Shown here piece by piece: positions 18,525-28,625 of a stretch of DNA of 64,000 bases; position 1 is the stretch's first letter; each line of letters begins with the position of its first letter. The notes beneath the pieces were generated by a model. That model saw nothing but the letters and a program-made list of their open reading frames with translations, made no database searches and was not told where the DNA came from. The position numbers and the translations under genes are program-made. The stretch covers positions 416,001-480,000 of the forward strand of contig CBDCTJ010000001.1 of assembly GCA_965222115.1 (NCBI GenBank), read 5' to 3'. This DNA is from Planctomycetota bacterium. GTDB lineage: Bacteria > Planctomycetota > PLA2 > JAEUHO01.

Positions 18525-20837
18525 TCAACGCGGCGCGTGTGCGTCGGATTGAACCGTGACTGTAATCGTGTGTTCAGTGCGTCGCGATGTGACGGCCGTG
18601 ATCTCATGACGACCGGCCGGAAGTGAAAGCGTGATGTGCCCGTCATCCGTCGTTTCACCCACGTCGCGTGCGCCCACGATCAATCGCAGCGGCTGATTGA
18701 GATCGGGACCGATGACGTGTACACGAAGCTTGCAACGAGCGCCATCGGCCAGGACGACTTGGCCATCCACGGGATAGATGAACTCAGGTCGTAGGCATGG
18801 TTCATCAGGAATATGCGTACAGCCCTCCGTGTGAGGCGGGTAGACGCTAGGTACGCGACCGAGTCGTTTCCACCAGCGCAGTTGTCGCGGCGTGAGCAGC
18901 GCCACGCTCTTATGCGCGACGCGGCGATTCGCACGGCAATCGACGCAACACTCGCAACCCGTTTCGGTGTCCACCATGACACGGCGATGGACAGCGCATG
19001 ATCGCAACGCACCGCCTGATGAAGGACGTACGCTGCGAACGATGTCACCGCATGCCTCGGTAGGCGCAAGACCTGAAAGCGCGCACACCTCCACCGAGCG
19101 CGTGCCCGTGACCACATCAAGCGGCGCTGGCGTGGGATCCACCAATGCAAGCACGCTAAACAGGAGCGGCACCGCAGCACGGACGCCCACCAATGAGGCA
19201 TCGCCCGACCCCGACAATTGCCCGCGCCATACCACCACCGTATACCGCGCCGTAACGCCCACGGCCCATGCATCGCGTCGACCCGAAGACGTACCGGTTT
19301 TCCAAGCCACGTCGCGCGCGGGTACTCCGGCGGGACGGGAACGATGCACATCGGCGAGCGAGGCCAATACCAATCGCGCCGCCCCTTCACTCATGACCGA
19401 CGTGGGCGCGGCATCGGGCGCGCGAGGTCGGAGCGCAGGTTCCATATAGGAACCACCGCGGGCAAGGGCCGCGTATGCGCCGGCCAGCTCCATAGCTGTC
19501 ACATCATCCGTGCCCAGCGAAATGTCCACGCGGGCGGCATCACTTTGGTGGCGGGTGTGTTTGAATCCAAAGCGGCGAAGGCAACCAGCAAAGGCACCCC
19601 GGGGCATGGCCGACGCAACACGAACAGCGGGTAGGTTGTAGCTGGCCCACAATGCCTCATGCGCGCGCACCGGGCCATGCTCACGTTTATCGAAGTTCTT
19701 TGGTTGCCAGTCGGCGCGTGCCCATGGCAAGTCCCACAGAATCGTATCGGGCGTCATGTGTCCGCGTTCGTAGGCCAGCCCGTAGAGAAAGGGCTTGAGC
19801 GTGGACCCTGCGCTACGAGGTGCGCGGGTGGCATCCAATTCTGTCGCGGATGCATGTTTTGAACCCACCAATGCGCGAATCAACACATCTCGGTTCTCGA
19901 CGACAACGATCGATACGCCGTCCACGCCCGACGTGTCTCTTGCGAGTCGTTCTACGCCACGCTGCATGTCGCCATCGATGGTGGTACTTCCATCGGCTAC
20001 CCGTTGCCATGCATGGGCACCCAAGTCGGGAAACGCGAGCGGATCGAGTCCGAGCGGCGCACGCACGGCCTCCGCATACGCACTGTCGGACAACGCGCCC
20101 GTGTCGTGCATGGCGTGAAGCACGCGGTTGCGTCGCTGCAAGGCACCTTCAGGATCGTGCTTCGGCGAATAGCGCGTGGGCGCCGGCAAGACCGACACCA
20201 GCAAGGCCGCTTCGGCAACATCCAAGTCTTCGGCGCGCTTGCCAAACCACGCGTAGGCAACCGACGCCACGCCATGCAAGTTCCCACCAAACGGAACCCG
20301 TGCGGCGTAGGCATGCAGAATGTCCCGCTTTGTGTGATGCGCCTCAATCTGACGCGCGCGAAACACTTGCTGCACTTTGCCCATGACCGTACGCGGCGTG
20401 GCATCCACCATGCGCGCGAGTTGCATGGTGATGGTGGAAGCCCCTTCGCGACGCCCACCCAACGTAGTTGCAAACGTGGCGCGCATGAGCCCGCGCACAT
20501 CGACGCCGGCGTGATCAAAAAAGCTACGGTCTTCCTGCGCCAACAAGGCGGCATAAAACACGTGAAGGTCGGCTTGATTGGCCACGGGCAATTGCCGCCG
20601 CTCATCAGCCGTCAAACCAATGTGCATCCACTCGCCGTCTTCGGTCGTAATGACAGACGACGCATCGCCAATCAGCGATAGATCCTTTGGCAGTGGATGT
20701 ACCCAACAGAAGATGCCGTACGCAACGTGTATCGCCCAGATCACGGCAATCGTGGACAGGAACGCGCGAAGGCCAAGACGCGTTGCGGTCATCACCGGAC
20801 CGCTACACTGGGTTCGGAGCTTAGCCGCCAACCACAT
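18525..20837 (-). CDS. pbpC: Penicillin-binding protein 1C
   Basis: Transglycosylase EDRSFFDHAGVD and GASTITMQLAR; transpeptidase STLK, SYN, KTGT; directly downstream of the alpha-2-macroglobulin. Confidence 0.92.
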   Translation of the reverse strand: MWLAAKLRTQCSGPVMTATRLGLRAFLSTIAVIWAIHVAYGIFCWVHPLPKDLSLIGDASSVITTEDGEWMHIGLTADERRQLPVANQADLHVFYAALLAQEDRSFFDHAGVDVRGLMRATFATTLGGRREGASTITMQLARMVDATPRTVMGKVQQVFRARQIEAHHTKRDILHAYAARVPFGGNLHGVASVAYAWFGKRAEDLDVAEAALLVSVLPAPTRYSPKHDPEGALQRRNRVLHAMHDTGALSDSAYAEAVRAPLGLDPLAFPDLGAHAWQRVADGSTTIDGDMQRGVERLARDTSGVDGVSIVVVENRDVLIRALVGSKHASATELDATRAPRSAGSTLKPFLYGLAYERGHMTPDTILWDLPWARADWQPKNFDKREHGPVRAHEALWASYNLPAVRVASAMPRGAFAGCLRRFGFKHTRHQSDAARVDISLGTDDVTAMELAGAYAALARGGSYMEPALRPRAPDAAPTSVMSEGAARLVLASLADVHRSRPAGVPARDVAWKTGTSSGRRDAWAVGVTARYTVVVWRGQLSGSGDASLVGVRAAVPLLFSVLALVDPTPAPLDVVTGTRSVEVCALSGLAPTEACGDIVRSVRPSSGGALRSCAVHRRVMVDTETGCECCVDCRANRRVAHKSVALLTPRQLRWWKRLGRVPSVYPPHTEGCTHIPDEPCLRPEFIYPVDGQVVLADGARCKLRVHVIGPDLNQPLRLIVGARDVGETTDDGHITLSLPAGRHEITAVTSRRTEHTITVTVQSDAHAPR

Positions 20838-20908
20838 GGATCGCTACCAATAGACACGTCGCCGCCAATCGATATCGAGTCGTTCGCGCGCAACGAGAGT
20901 CCTGAAGA

Positions 20909-23900
20909 TCACTCGCTGCGAACATGTACTTCCCTCCATCCAATAGAATCGCCTGTGCCGGTTGCCGCCTGCCCCGGATTGTATAACGCCTCAAGCCGAA
21001 TCCGGCCAACCTTGAATCGACCTTTTGTTACCGCGCGCACGGTGACGCGATGGTGAAACGTTCCAGAAATTGAACGTGTTCGAAACAGCAGGAGTCGATC
21101 GTCCCGAGGCTCCACCCGATCCGGTTCGAATGCTTGGCTCTTAAGCACTGGGCTTTCAAGCGTTTCTGCGTTCAAACGACCTTCGATCGCTGACACGTCG
21201 CGAACACCCTCAAACTCCAAGCCGCCGGGGAACATGACGTTTACGAGCAGATTGCCTGTGGCCGACGACACGCGACCCTCGATGCAAAGGGTGTAGAGCC
21301 GTCCTTGTTCCAGTACCACAGACTCCCCTTCAGCACCTTCCACGTGGTAGGCAATGGACCAACCTTTGGTGTCTTCAGGAGTCTCCGTTTCTTCACCTGG
21401 GCGACCATCGACTCGCAGGATCGCGTAGGCAGGTCCCTTGGCTTGAACGATGGCGTGCACGCGTTCATCTTCTTTCCAGTGAATCGAGCAGGGCGCGCCG
21501 GGTGCATAGGACTTGGAATCTCCGAGAGCATGCACCGTCCCGGTACCGGAATCATGTTCGGACTGCGCGCGGGTCCACGCCGCGACGGCACGCAGGGCCG
21601 CCGCGTTTTCCTGCGTCGTGTGTTCTTTCGCGTGTGCAGCCGACTTTCGAAGCGCCTCAATCAATGCTGGCAGCCTGGAATCACTTGGCGTGGCGCGCAG
21701 GAGCGAGAGCGCCACCGTTGCCCTCGCACGTGTCGGTGACGTCAAGCGTTCACCGGAAGCGCGCGGCATGGCATAGGTGTCTTCCATGCGCTCCGCCAGA
21801 GATGCTGCGACCTCGCGTTCACCCAACGTGCTATAGATTCCCGCAAGATGTGCCAGTTCTTCCGCCGTCTTTGCACGTCGTTTGAGCGCACCAAGAAACG
21901 AACGCACATTGTGACCCGCCGCCTGCACTGCATAGGCGTCGTAGGGTTCACCGTCACCCGCTCGCAGTCGGGCCACAAGATAGTTGACGCCGCGCGTCAA
22001 CAGATGCATTGGAACGCGGTGACCCTTCGCCTTGGCGGCGGACAAGAACTCAACGGCATAGGCACTTCCAAATGGATACGCCGCCTTCCCACCAGGCCAC
22101 ATGGCAAAGCCACCGGAACGCGTCTGCATCGTAGCCAATCGACGAATCGCCGCATCAACAACTTGATGAGATGCATGCGAACCGACTGCGTTTTCACCTC
22201 CGTCGCCATCAATGGCGGTGGCATCCACTAAGTCGCGCCATGCCAGAACAGAAAACGCTCGCGATGTCGTCTGCTCGACACATCCGTAGGGATAACGCAG
22301 CAACTCATCCAATGCCGGCAGGAGCGTGAGATAGGACTCAGACCCCACGCGCAGCGATACGCGACGCCCCTTTGTTTGCCACTTGCCCGGCAGAGAAATC
22401 TCTGTCCGACCATTCAGTTCAATGATGCGCGTGTGTGTTTGATAGGGAATCGGCGAGCGAACCGCCAGCTTGCGCGAAACGGTCCGAGAACGTCCCGTGC
22501 TTGATGCTGCCGTAATCGAAAGCCGGGCGACATCCAATGCGTTCGTCGCGCGTACGCGAAGTTCGGGGTGCGTGGTCACCACGTCGAGCCCGTTCAGCTC
22601 CAACTCATGATCACGTATGTCAGGCGAAACGCCCTCGCCCGAGACTTCCAGCGGCACAACAAACGTATCGCCGGGCACCACCGCACGAGGCACGTGCATC
22701 GCAATGGAAATCGGCGCACGCACAACGACATCGCGATGGTCCGACCCAACACCCAGCGCATCGGCAGCCACGGCCACCACGCGAACACGTCCTTCGTACG
22801 AAGGAAGCGTGAATGTCACCCGCGCTTTGCCGGGGCAATGCAACACCTCACTGGCAAGTGCCAACGTCTCAATCGTCTTTTCGGCACTCGACGCGAGGCG
22901 TGGCGCTATGTCTACGGCATCGCCACCTTGCTCGGTTTCACCCGTGCTGAACGACATTTCTTTGACGAGCCGCGTATAGGAGTCCATTGGCGTGGTCGTG
23001 AGCATTTCCTTGGCGCGGAGGTAGGCAAGTGGCTTCGGTGCCGCGTGATTCGTGAGTCGGAGGAGGCCCTCGTCAATCACGAACACGCGCACATTCGCGG
23101 GACGAGCCGTCGTTACGCGAATCGTCATTGGCGCATCGGGCTCGGGCGTACCGTCAACTGTTACACTGGTTTCAAGTGCCTCATCGGGACGATGTAGCGG
23201 CAGATAGCAAGCACCCAAATGACGCCGCGAACGCACGCCCCGTGCATCGGCCCGCGCACCACGAAGCAACGTGAGTGTTGCATACACGCCGTTGAGCTTT
23301 TCGGCGTTCTCCGGAACCGTGAGCTTCATGCGCTGTACGCCCTTCGTGAGCGCCACGGATCTCGCATCAAGGACGCCACGCCCTTCCCAGGTAAGTAGCG
23401 CGCTTCCCGCAAACGGCGCGTCCACCTCAAGTTCAACCGAATCACCCGCTTCGGCTCGATCCGAAAGCCAACGCATGGGCAAAATCACATCGGACGCCCT
23501 ATTTGTGTCGGATGTGAACGTCCCGTCGAAGAAGCTGCCCGTCACCGATGCCGGCAACATGCCGTCACACGTCGCATGTAACCGATAGCGTCCCTCGGAT
23601 GGCAACGCAACATTCACCAGCGCCTGGTCGCCGTCCCAATCGAACGACGCGCGGGTGGCCTCAGACACCGATTCTGTTGTTGCCCACACCCAACGCGACT
23701 GTTGCCGGACATAGTGACCATGACGCATGACGTGTTCGACGACGACCGTGCCAGCACAACCGAGATCGCTCGTCGCGTCGCGCGCACGGAGACTGAGGCG
23801 CAAAGACTGAGCAGACTCTCCAGCACCCACGTGCAGCCCGATGCGGGAGCGATTCTGTTCAATCGGAAACGATTTATGGGAAAACGCGGCGCGGCCAGAG

Positions 23901-26236
23901 TGATCGACGACTTCAAGTTCGAATCCGACTTGCCACGGGCGCCCCCCATCGGCAAGTGTGGGCACGCGAAACGAGAGAGCGCCTTTACCCTGCTCGTCAA
24001 GCACGAGGGATCCGAGATTGAGCGTTGTCTCAACAAGCTCTTTGTGTGATTCACCAAAAGTAAATTCTCCGTCAACGACTGGCGCCTCAGGTGTGAGCGT
24101 AGCACGCAGCGTAGCGCGGCGCTGTTTCGCTGGCGCGCCCGTAAGCGTGGTCGCCGCGGCTTGAATCGAGATGTTCTGGTCCGGATGAAGGACGTCGGCG
24201 TCGATAGAAATCGATGGGCGCAACGTATCGGGCACAACGCAGGCGCAACGAATCGACGTGGATCCAATCTTTCGTCCCTTCGCACCGAGGCCTACGCTCA
24301 CTTGATAGCTACCGGTGGGTTGATCCGCACTCAACGAAAAATCAAGTGCAACCATGCCTGCGTCGCCCGTCGAGAGACGACGCGTATCGATAATATTGCC
24401 GCGAGGTCCAACGAGCGTCGCGTGGAGCGGCAGCCCGGCAACGGCACTTGTTCCATCACTCTTGCGCACAAGTCCAACCGCGTGAACCGTTTCTCCAGGT
24501 CTCACGACGCCGCGGCTGGCATAGACCCAGGCGTGCAACCCCGTTCGCGGTGAAATCCCCTCGATGGTGGGCGCATAGTGGTGCGCGCGATGCCGTCCAA
24601 TATGTGTAAACGCCATGTCCGTGACGAGGTCCGCATGGTGCGTAGCAATCACGACCGACGGATCGCCGCGCACGTTACGAAGAAGAAGCAATCCATCCTC
24701 GTCGGTCACGCCCTCTGCACACGCTTGGTTCTTGTCACTTCGCACGTCGATCGCTGCGCCCTCGATAGGCGTGCCGTCGGCAATGCTGCGCACCCACACC
24801 ACCAACCCTTCGGGCCGCGCGCGCGCAACAACGGCGAGATCCGTGATCTGAAACGTGCGAGCCGAACGGACCCAACCTTCACGCTCCTTCGCGATCTCGA
24901 TGCGAAATATGCCACGCGGCTTGGGACCGAGGATGGATGCAAGATCAACGCGCTGACGCCAAGGCGAAACGCCCCCGCCCACCGGTTCAATTGTTGTTTC
25001 GCGCGGCGCGTCACCGAGTTCATTGGCATTGGCCCACCCAAGCGCAAGTGGAACCACATTGTTGGCATAGACCGGCGTAACGCGTACGTTCACACGCGGC
25101 GTTCGCACGCCTTCGATGGCAATGCTCGCATCGGCCTTCGCGCTCAAGATCGAACCACGGCCAACAAAACCAAGTTCGGGGCTTGGCGCGGGTACCACTA
25201 CAGTCGTGTGGATGTCTTCCCGCAATTTGTTTCCTTGCGCGGTTTTGAGCCCTGCCGTCAATGCCACCCGTACATACGTCTCGGGTTCAAAGTCGCCACG
25301 CAATATGACTTCATTCTCGTCCACGTGTACCTGCAACCCTGTGATCTCAGGTTCCGTCTTCACGTGCTCCCGAAGCAAGCTCGCGTCCACGGGGTGACTC
25401 AGATAGAGCGTTATTCTCGCGATATCCTTAGATCGTTGTGCCCACGTGTCGTTGATCGTTAGTGCGTCGCGCCATTCGAGCTGGCGTTTGGAGGTCTCAC
25501 CCAGACCTCGCGTACCCTTTTTGGGCGGCAACTCCGCCCCCACCGCCAACGTTGCGTTGCGGATGGACTTGTCAGAGAGCGTCACGACATAGCGATAGTG
25601 GCCCGCGCTGTCCAAAATTCCGTCTTCGTGTCCACCGTCACGGATTGAGAACTCAAGTTCGTCTCCCGCCTCGGATCGCACCGAAAGATGTCGCTTTAGC
25701 GCGCTCACCGCTACGCGTGCATTGAACGTCAAGGTGCACGCCGGTCGATCGTCTTTGGTGTAGTGCGCCGCGACGTCGCCTCGTATGGCAAGCCGACCCG
25801 TTGAGAACGCATATCCAGCCTTTGGGCTATCGCGCAGCACGCCACCATCCGCGCTACCGAGTGTGGGCGAAAGATGCAACCGATAGTCGCGCAGCGGTGC
25901 GATGTCTTGCGCGGGTCGAACGATGAGCACCCGCGGCGAATCCCACGTGGCCGTAAACGGTACGGACGGCTTGATCCACGCGAGTTTCTTTGTGGCCGCT
26001 TGCCCAATCGACTCGTTCGGCACCATGCGTTCTGAAAATCGCAGAACGAGCTCAGGACGGCGCGCGTCACCGGCTTCCTCGAACGAAAGCACGCGCACAC
26101 CTGGCAACGCGTGCGACTCGCCGGGCTTTGTAAACCACTGAAAACCCAGCCAGCCATTGAGCAGAAGGGAGCTAACCAACAAAACGGTCCACGCCTTCCT
26201 GGGACCAGACCGTGTTCTCGACTCGCGTGCGCGCAT
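20909..26236 (-). CDS. Bacterial alpha-2-macroglobulin (YfhM-like)
   Basis: 1775 aa, N-terminal TM, RGVVRPGE, DEGLL, thioester YPYGCVEQTTS, GGFAMWPG, EPRDDR. Confidence 0.94.
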   Translation of the reverse strand: MRARESRTRSGPRKAWTVLLVSSLLLNGWLGFQWFTKPGESHALPGVRVLSFEEAGDARRPELVLRFSERMVPNESIGQAATKKLAWIKPSVPFTATWDSPRVLIVRPAQDIAPLRDYRLHLSPTLGSADGGVLRDSPKAGYAFSTGRLAIRGDVAAHYTKDDRPACTLTFNARVAVSALKRHLSVRSEAGDELEFSIRDGGHEDGILDSAGHYRYVVTLSDKSIRNATLAVGAELPPKKGTRGLGETSKRQLEWRDALTINDTWAQRSKDIARITLYLSHPVDASLLREHVKTEPEITGLQVHVDENEVILRGDFEPETYVRVALTAGLKTAQGNKLREDIHTTVVVPAPSPELGFVGRGSILSAKADASIAIEGVRTPRVNVRVTPVYANNVVPLALGWANANELGDAPRETTIEPVGGGVSPWRQRVDLASILGPKPRGIFRIEIAKEREGWVRSARTFQITDLAVVARARPEGLVVWVRSIADGTPIEGAAIDVRSDKNQACAEGVTDEDGLLLLRNVRGDPSVVIATHHADLVTDMAFTHIGRHRAHHYAPTIEGISPRTGLHAWVYASRGVVRPGETVHAVGLVRKSDGTSAVAGLPLHATLVGPRGNIIDTRRLSTGDAGMVALDFSLSADQPTGSYQVSVGLGAKGRKIGSTSIRCACVVPDTLRPSISIDADVLHPDQNISIQAAATTLTGAPAKQRRATLRATLTPEAPVVDGEFTFGESHKELVETTLNLGSLVLDEQGKGALSFRVPTLADGGRPWQVGFELEVVDHSGRAAFSHKSFPIEQNRSRIGLHVGAGESAQSLRLSLRARDATSDLGCAGTVVVEHVMRHGHYVRQQSRWVWATTESVSEATRASFDWDGDQALVNVALPSEGRYRLHATCDGMLPASVTGSFFDGTFTSDTNRASDVILPMRWLSDRAEAGDSVELEVDAPFAGSALLTWEGRGVLDARSVALTKGVQRMKLTVPENAEKLNGVYATLTLLRGARADARGVRSRRHLGACYLPLHRPDEALETSVTVDGTPEPDAPMTIRVTTARPANVRVFVIDEGLLRLTNHAAPKPLAYLRAKEMLTTTPMDSYTRLVKEMSFSTGETEQGGDAVDIAPRLASSAEKTIETLALASEVLHCPGKARVTFTLPSYEGRVRVVAVAADALGVGSDHRDVVVRAPISIAMHVPRAVVPGDTFVVPLEVSGEGVSPDIRDHELELNGLDVVTTHPELRVRATNALDVARLSITAASSTGRSRTVSRKLAVRSPIPYQTHTRIIELNGRTEISLPGKWQTKGRRVSLRVGSESYLTLLPALDELLRYPYGCVEQTTSRAFSVLAWRDLVDATAIDGDGGENAVGSHASHQVVDAAIRRLATMQTRSGGFAMWPGGKAAYPFGSAYAVEFLSAAKAKGHRVPMHLLTRGVNYLVARLRAGDGEPYDAYAVQAAGHNVRSFLGALKRRAKTAEELAHLAGIYSTLGEREVAASLAERMEDTYAMPRASGERLTSPTRARATVALSLLRATPSDSRLPALIEALRKSAAHAKEHTTQENAAALRAVAAWTRAQSEHDSGTGTVHALGDSKSYAPGAPCSIHWKEDERVHAIVQAKGPAYAILRVDGRPGEETETPEDTKGWSIAYHVEGAEGESVVLEQGRLYTLCIEGRVSSATGNLLVNVMFPGGLEFEGVRDVSAIEGRLNAETLESPVLKSQAFEPDRVEPRDDRLLLFRTRSISGTFHHRVTVRAVTKGRFKVGRIRLEALYNPGQAATGTGDSIGWREVHVRSE

Positions 26237-26416
26237 ACACCGCTCCTCCGGTTCTCACTGGATTGCTCTCCACACATGTCCCCTTTTCGGTGCCATCACC
26301 CCGCATGGTCAGTGCGTCGTCGTCTCAGAGCAACCGCGGACCTACAACATATTGATGAGTTAAGATCTATGATCTACCAGCAAATGTTGTGCACAATGCA
26401 GGGTGAGGTAGTCACG

Positions 26417-26463
26417 ACAATTGGTGCCAGTAAGGTGACTGCGCAAACATCACAATTGGTGCC
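26417..26463. repeat. 12-bp direct repeat ACAATTGGTGCC x2 (35-bp period), intergenic
   Basis: Copies at 26417-26428 and 26452-26463, upstream of the macroglobulin gene. Confidence 0.6.
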
Positions 26464-26629
26464 GGGAGCGAATTCGCGGATGTGCGCTTCCGACCGTTCG
26501 CTCTGCGGGTGAAGAGCCATACCGGCGCCCCCAGCTCAATCAATCTGTTGAGCCACACATCCCATCTATCAGGTCGAGGCCAAGCCAAAGATTCAGAAGA
26601 GGGAAAGGTGCGGGTAGTCCGGACTTCGG

Positions 26630-28027
26630 CTACCTGCCGGGCGTCGTCATATGAATCAGATTCAACACCTTCTTCAACTTTTCGGGCGACAGCAACTCTT
26701 GCTCTTCCGCCAACTCACGAATCGTACGTCCCGTCTTGAATGCTTCCTTTGCCAACTTTGCGGCGTTGTCATAACCAATATGAGGCGCCAACGCCGTTCC
26801 CAACATCAAGCTCTGTTCCACGATCTCGGCTAGCCGTTCCTCGTTGACCTCAACCCCGCGAATGCAACGCAGATGGAATCCCTTGGTGGCGCCAGAAAGT
26901 ACGCGCACGGCGTCGAGTAGGACGTCGGCTAGTACGGGCAGACTCACATTGAGTTCAAAGTTTCCCGAGCCGCCTGCGATGTTGACGGTGGTGACGTAGC
27001 CCTGAACAAGTTGGCAAGCCATGATCAGGCTCTCGGCCATCACGGGGTTGACTTTGCCGGGCATGATGGAGCTGCCGGGCTGGACGGCCGGCAACGTCAA
27101 CTCGCCGAGGCCGCAGCGTGGTCCGCTTCCGAGGAAACGCACGTCGTTGGCGATCTTGGTGAGTGCTGCGGCGGTGCTTGCCAGTGCACCAGCGAAGAAG
27201 ACGACGGCTTCGCGTCCACCCTGTTGTTCAAAGTGATTGCGGGCGGGGCGCAGGCCGAGTTTGGTCTTTTTGCCGAGATGCGCGACGACTTTCTTTTCAA
27301 ACTCTGGATGGCAACCAATGCCGGTGCCCACCGCAGTACCACCAAGAGCGACTTCAAGTAGGCCGTCATAGGCAAGCGCAAGCCGCTGACAACTGTGGGC
27401 GACTTGCGCAGCGTAGCCACCGAAGACTTGGCCCATTGTTACGGGCGTGGCGTCTTGCAGATGGGTGCGCCCCACCTTGACGATTTTGTCGAAGTCCTTG
27501 GACTTCTTGTGGCACGCCGCAGCCAAGCCGCCAAGCGCCGGCAAGAGTTCATCGCGAGTGGCCATCGCAACGGATAGATGAAGTGCCGTGGGGATCACAT
27601 CGTTGCTGGACTGACCCATGTTGACGTGATCGTTGGGATGAACCGGCTCCTTGGCACCGGGCTTGCTTCCGAGCGCGACGTTGGCGACATTGCTCAGGAC
27701 CTCGTTCATGTTCATGTTGGATGACGTGCCCGAACCGGTCTGAAACACGTCAATGGGAAACTCGTCGGGGTACTCGCCGCGGATCACTTGATCGGCGGCG
27801 CGACGAATGGCCACGCCCAGTTTGGGTTTGAGGAGTCCCAGTTCTTGATTGGACTTGGAAGCCGCCCACTTGATGGCGGCCAACGCTTCAATGAAACGCG
27901 GCGGCATCCCGCGACCCGATACCTCGAAGTTCTCGATCGCACGTTGTGTTTGCGCACCCCACATGCGCTTGGACGGCACCTTGACCGCGCCCATAGAATC
28001 ATTTTCTGTGCGCATGCGGGGGGCCAT
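26630..28027 (-). CDS. fumC: Class II fumarate hydratase
   Basis: WGAQTQR, FQTGSGTSSNMN, HPNDHVN.GQSSND, GRTHLQDATP, GSSIMPGKVNP; AGGAG RBS. Confidence 0.96.
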   Translation of the reverse strand: MAPRMRTENDSMGAVKVPSKRMWGAQTQRAIENFEVSGRGMPPRFIEALAAIKWAASKSNQELGLLKPKLGVAIRRAADQVIRGEYPDEFPIDVFQTGSGTSSNMNMNEVLSNVANVALGSKPGAKEPVHPNDHVNMGQSSNDVIPTALHLSVAMATRDELLPALGGLAAACHKKSKDFDKIVKVGRTHLQDATPVTMGQVFGGYAAQVAHSCQRLALAYDGLLEVALGGTAVGTGIGCHPEFEKKVVAHLGKKTKLGLRPARNHFEQQGGREAVVFFAGALASTAAALTKIANDVRFLGSGPRCGLGELTLPAVQPGSSIMPGKVNPVMAESLIMACQLVQGYVTTVNIAGGSGNFELNVSLPVLADVLLDAVRVLSGATKGFHLRCIRGVEVNEERLAEIVEQSLMLGTALAPHIGYDNAAKLAKEAFKTGRTIRELAEEQELLSPEKLKKVLNLIHMTTPGR

Positions 28028-28076
28028 GATGGTGCTCCTTATCGGACGTTGTTCCGTTCGTGCGAGAGTCGGGCGC

Positions 28077-28514
28077 TTATAGTTCCGCGAGGATGGAGTT
28101 GAGCACGGTGGGCGAAGAGAGAATGCCCGCGTAGCGACGCGTGGGGCCGGTGATGGACTTATCCGAGCGTTCGATTTCGTCTGGCTTGGAAAGTCCTACA
28201 AGAAAAATCGGCAACTGCCGCGTGGCACGGTCGGCGCGCAATTGCGAAGCGGTGTGCCGACCGCGATCGGGCTCTTGTTGCATGTCAATGATGATGATGT
28301 CGGGACGAAACTCACGCAGGTTCATGGCGAGCTCGTTGCTTGTGGCAGCCGTGCGAATCTCATGTCCCGCCTGGGAAATGGCCTCCACCGCGACGGCTTG
28401 GCGCTCGGGGTCGGCGTTCAAGATCCACACTTTGCGAGAAATGATGGGCTTCTGCGTTTCGCGCACGGAGCTCACGGGTGCGCCGGGTACCACGCCCTTG
28501 GATTCATCAGACAT
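28077..28514 (-). CDS. Stand-alone atypical receiver-domain protein
   Basis: CheY-like pattern (PDIIIIDM..P, LRADRATRQLPI); the acidic pair is replaced by NAD and no KP motif is visible. Confidence 0.75.
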   Translation of the reverse strand: MSDESKGVVPGAPVSSVRETQKPIISRKVWILNADPERQAVAVEAISQAGHEIRTAATSNELAMNLREFRPDIIIIDMQQEPDRGRHTASQLRADRATRQLPIFLVGLSKPDEIERSDKSITGPTRRYAGILSSPTVLNSILAEL

Positions 28515-28625
28515 ATGCGCTCCCTATGCATGGATTCGCGACGGATAAGCGCGCCATGGTAGCGAGTAGAGAAGCACGCATTGAGCCAATGCCGAGGGAT
28601 GAATCGCGCGCAAGTCGATCGGAAA

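Noticed and set aside
18525-26236. Alpha-2-macroglobulin plus pbpC as a novel system
   Set aside because: Well-known conserved gene pair.
26413-26465. Sigma-54 promoter on the minus strand (TGGCACCAATTGT)
   Set aside because: No GC at the required GG-N10-GC position in either copy.
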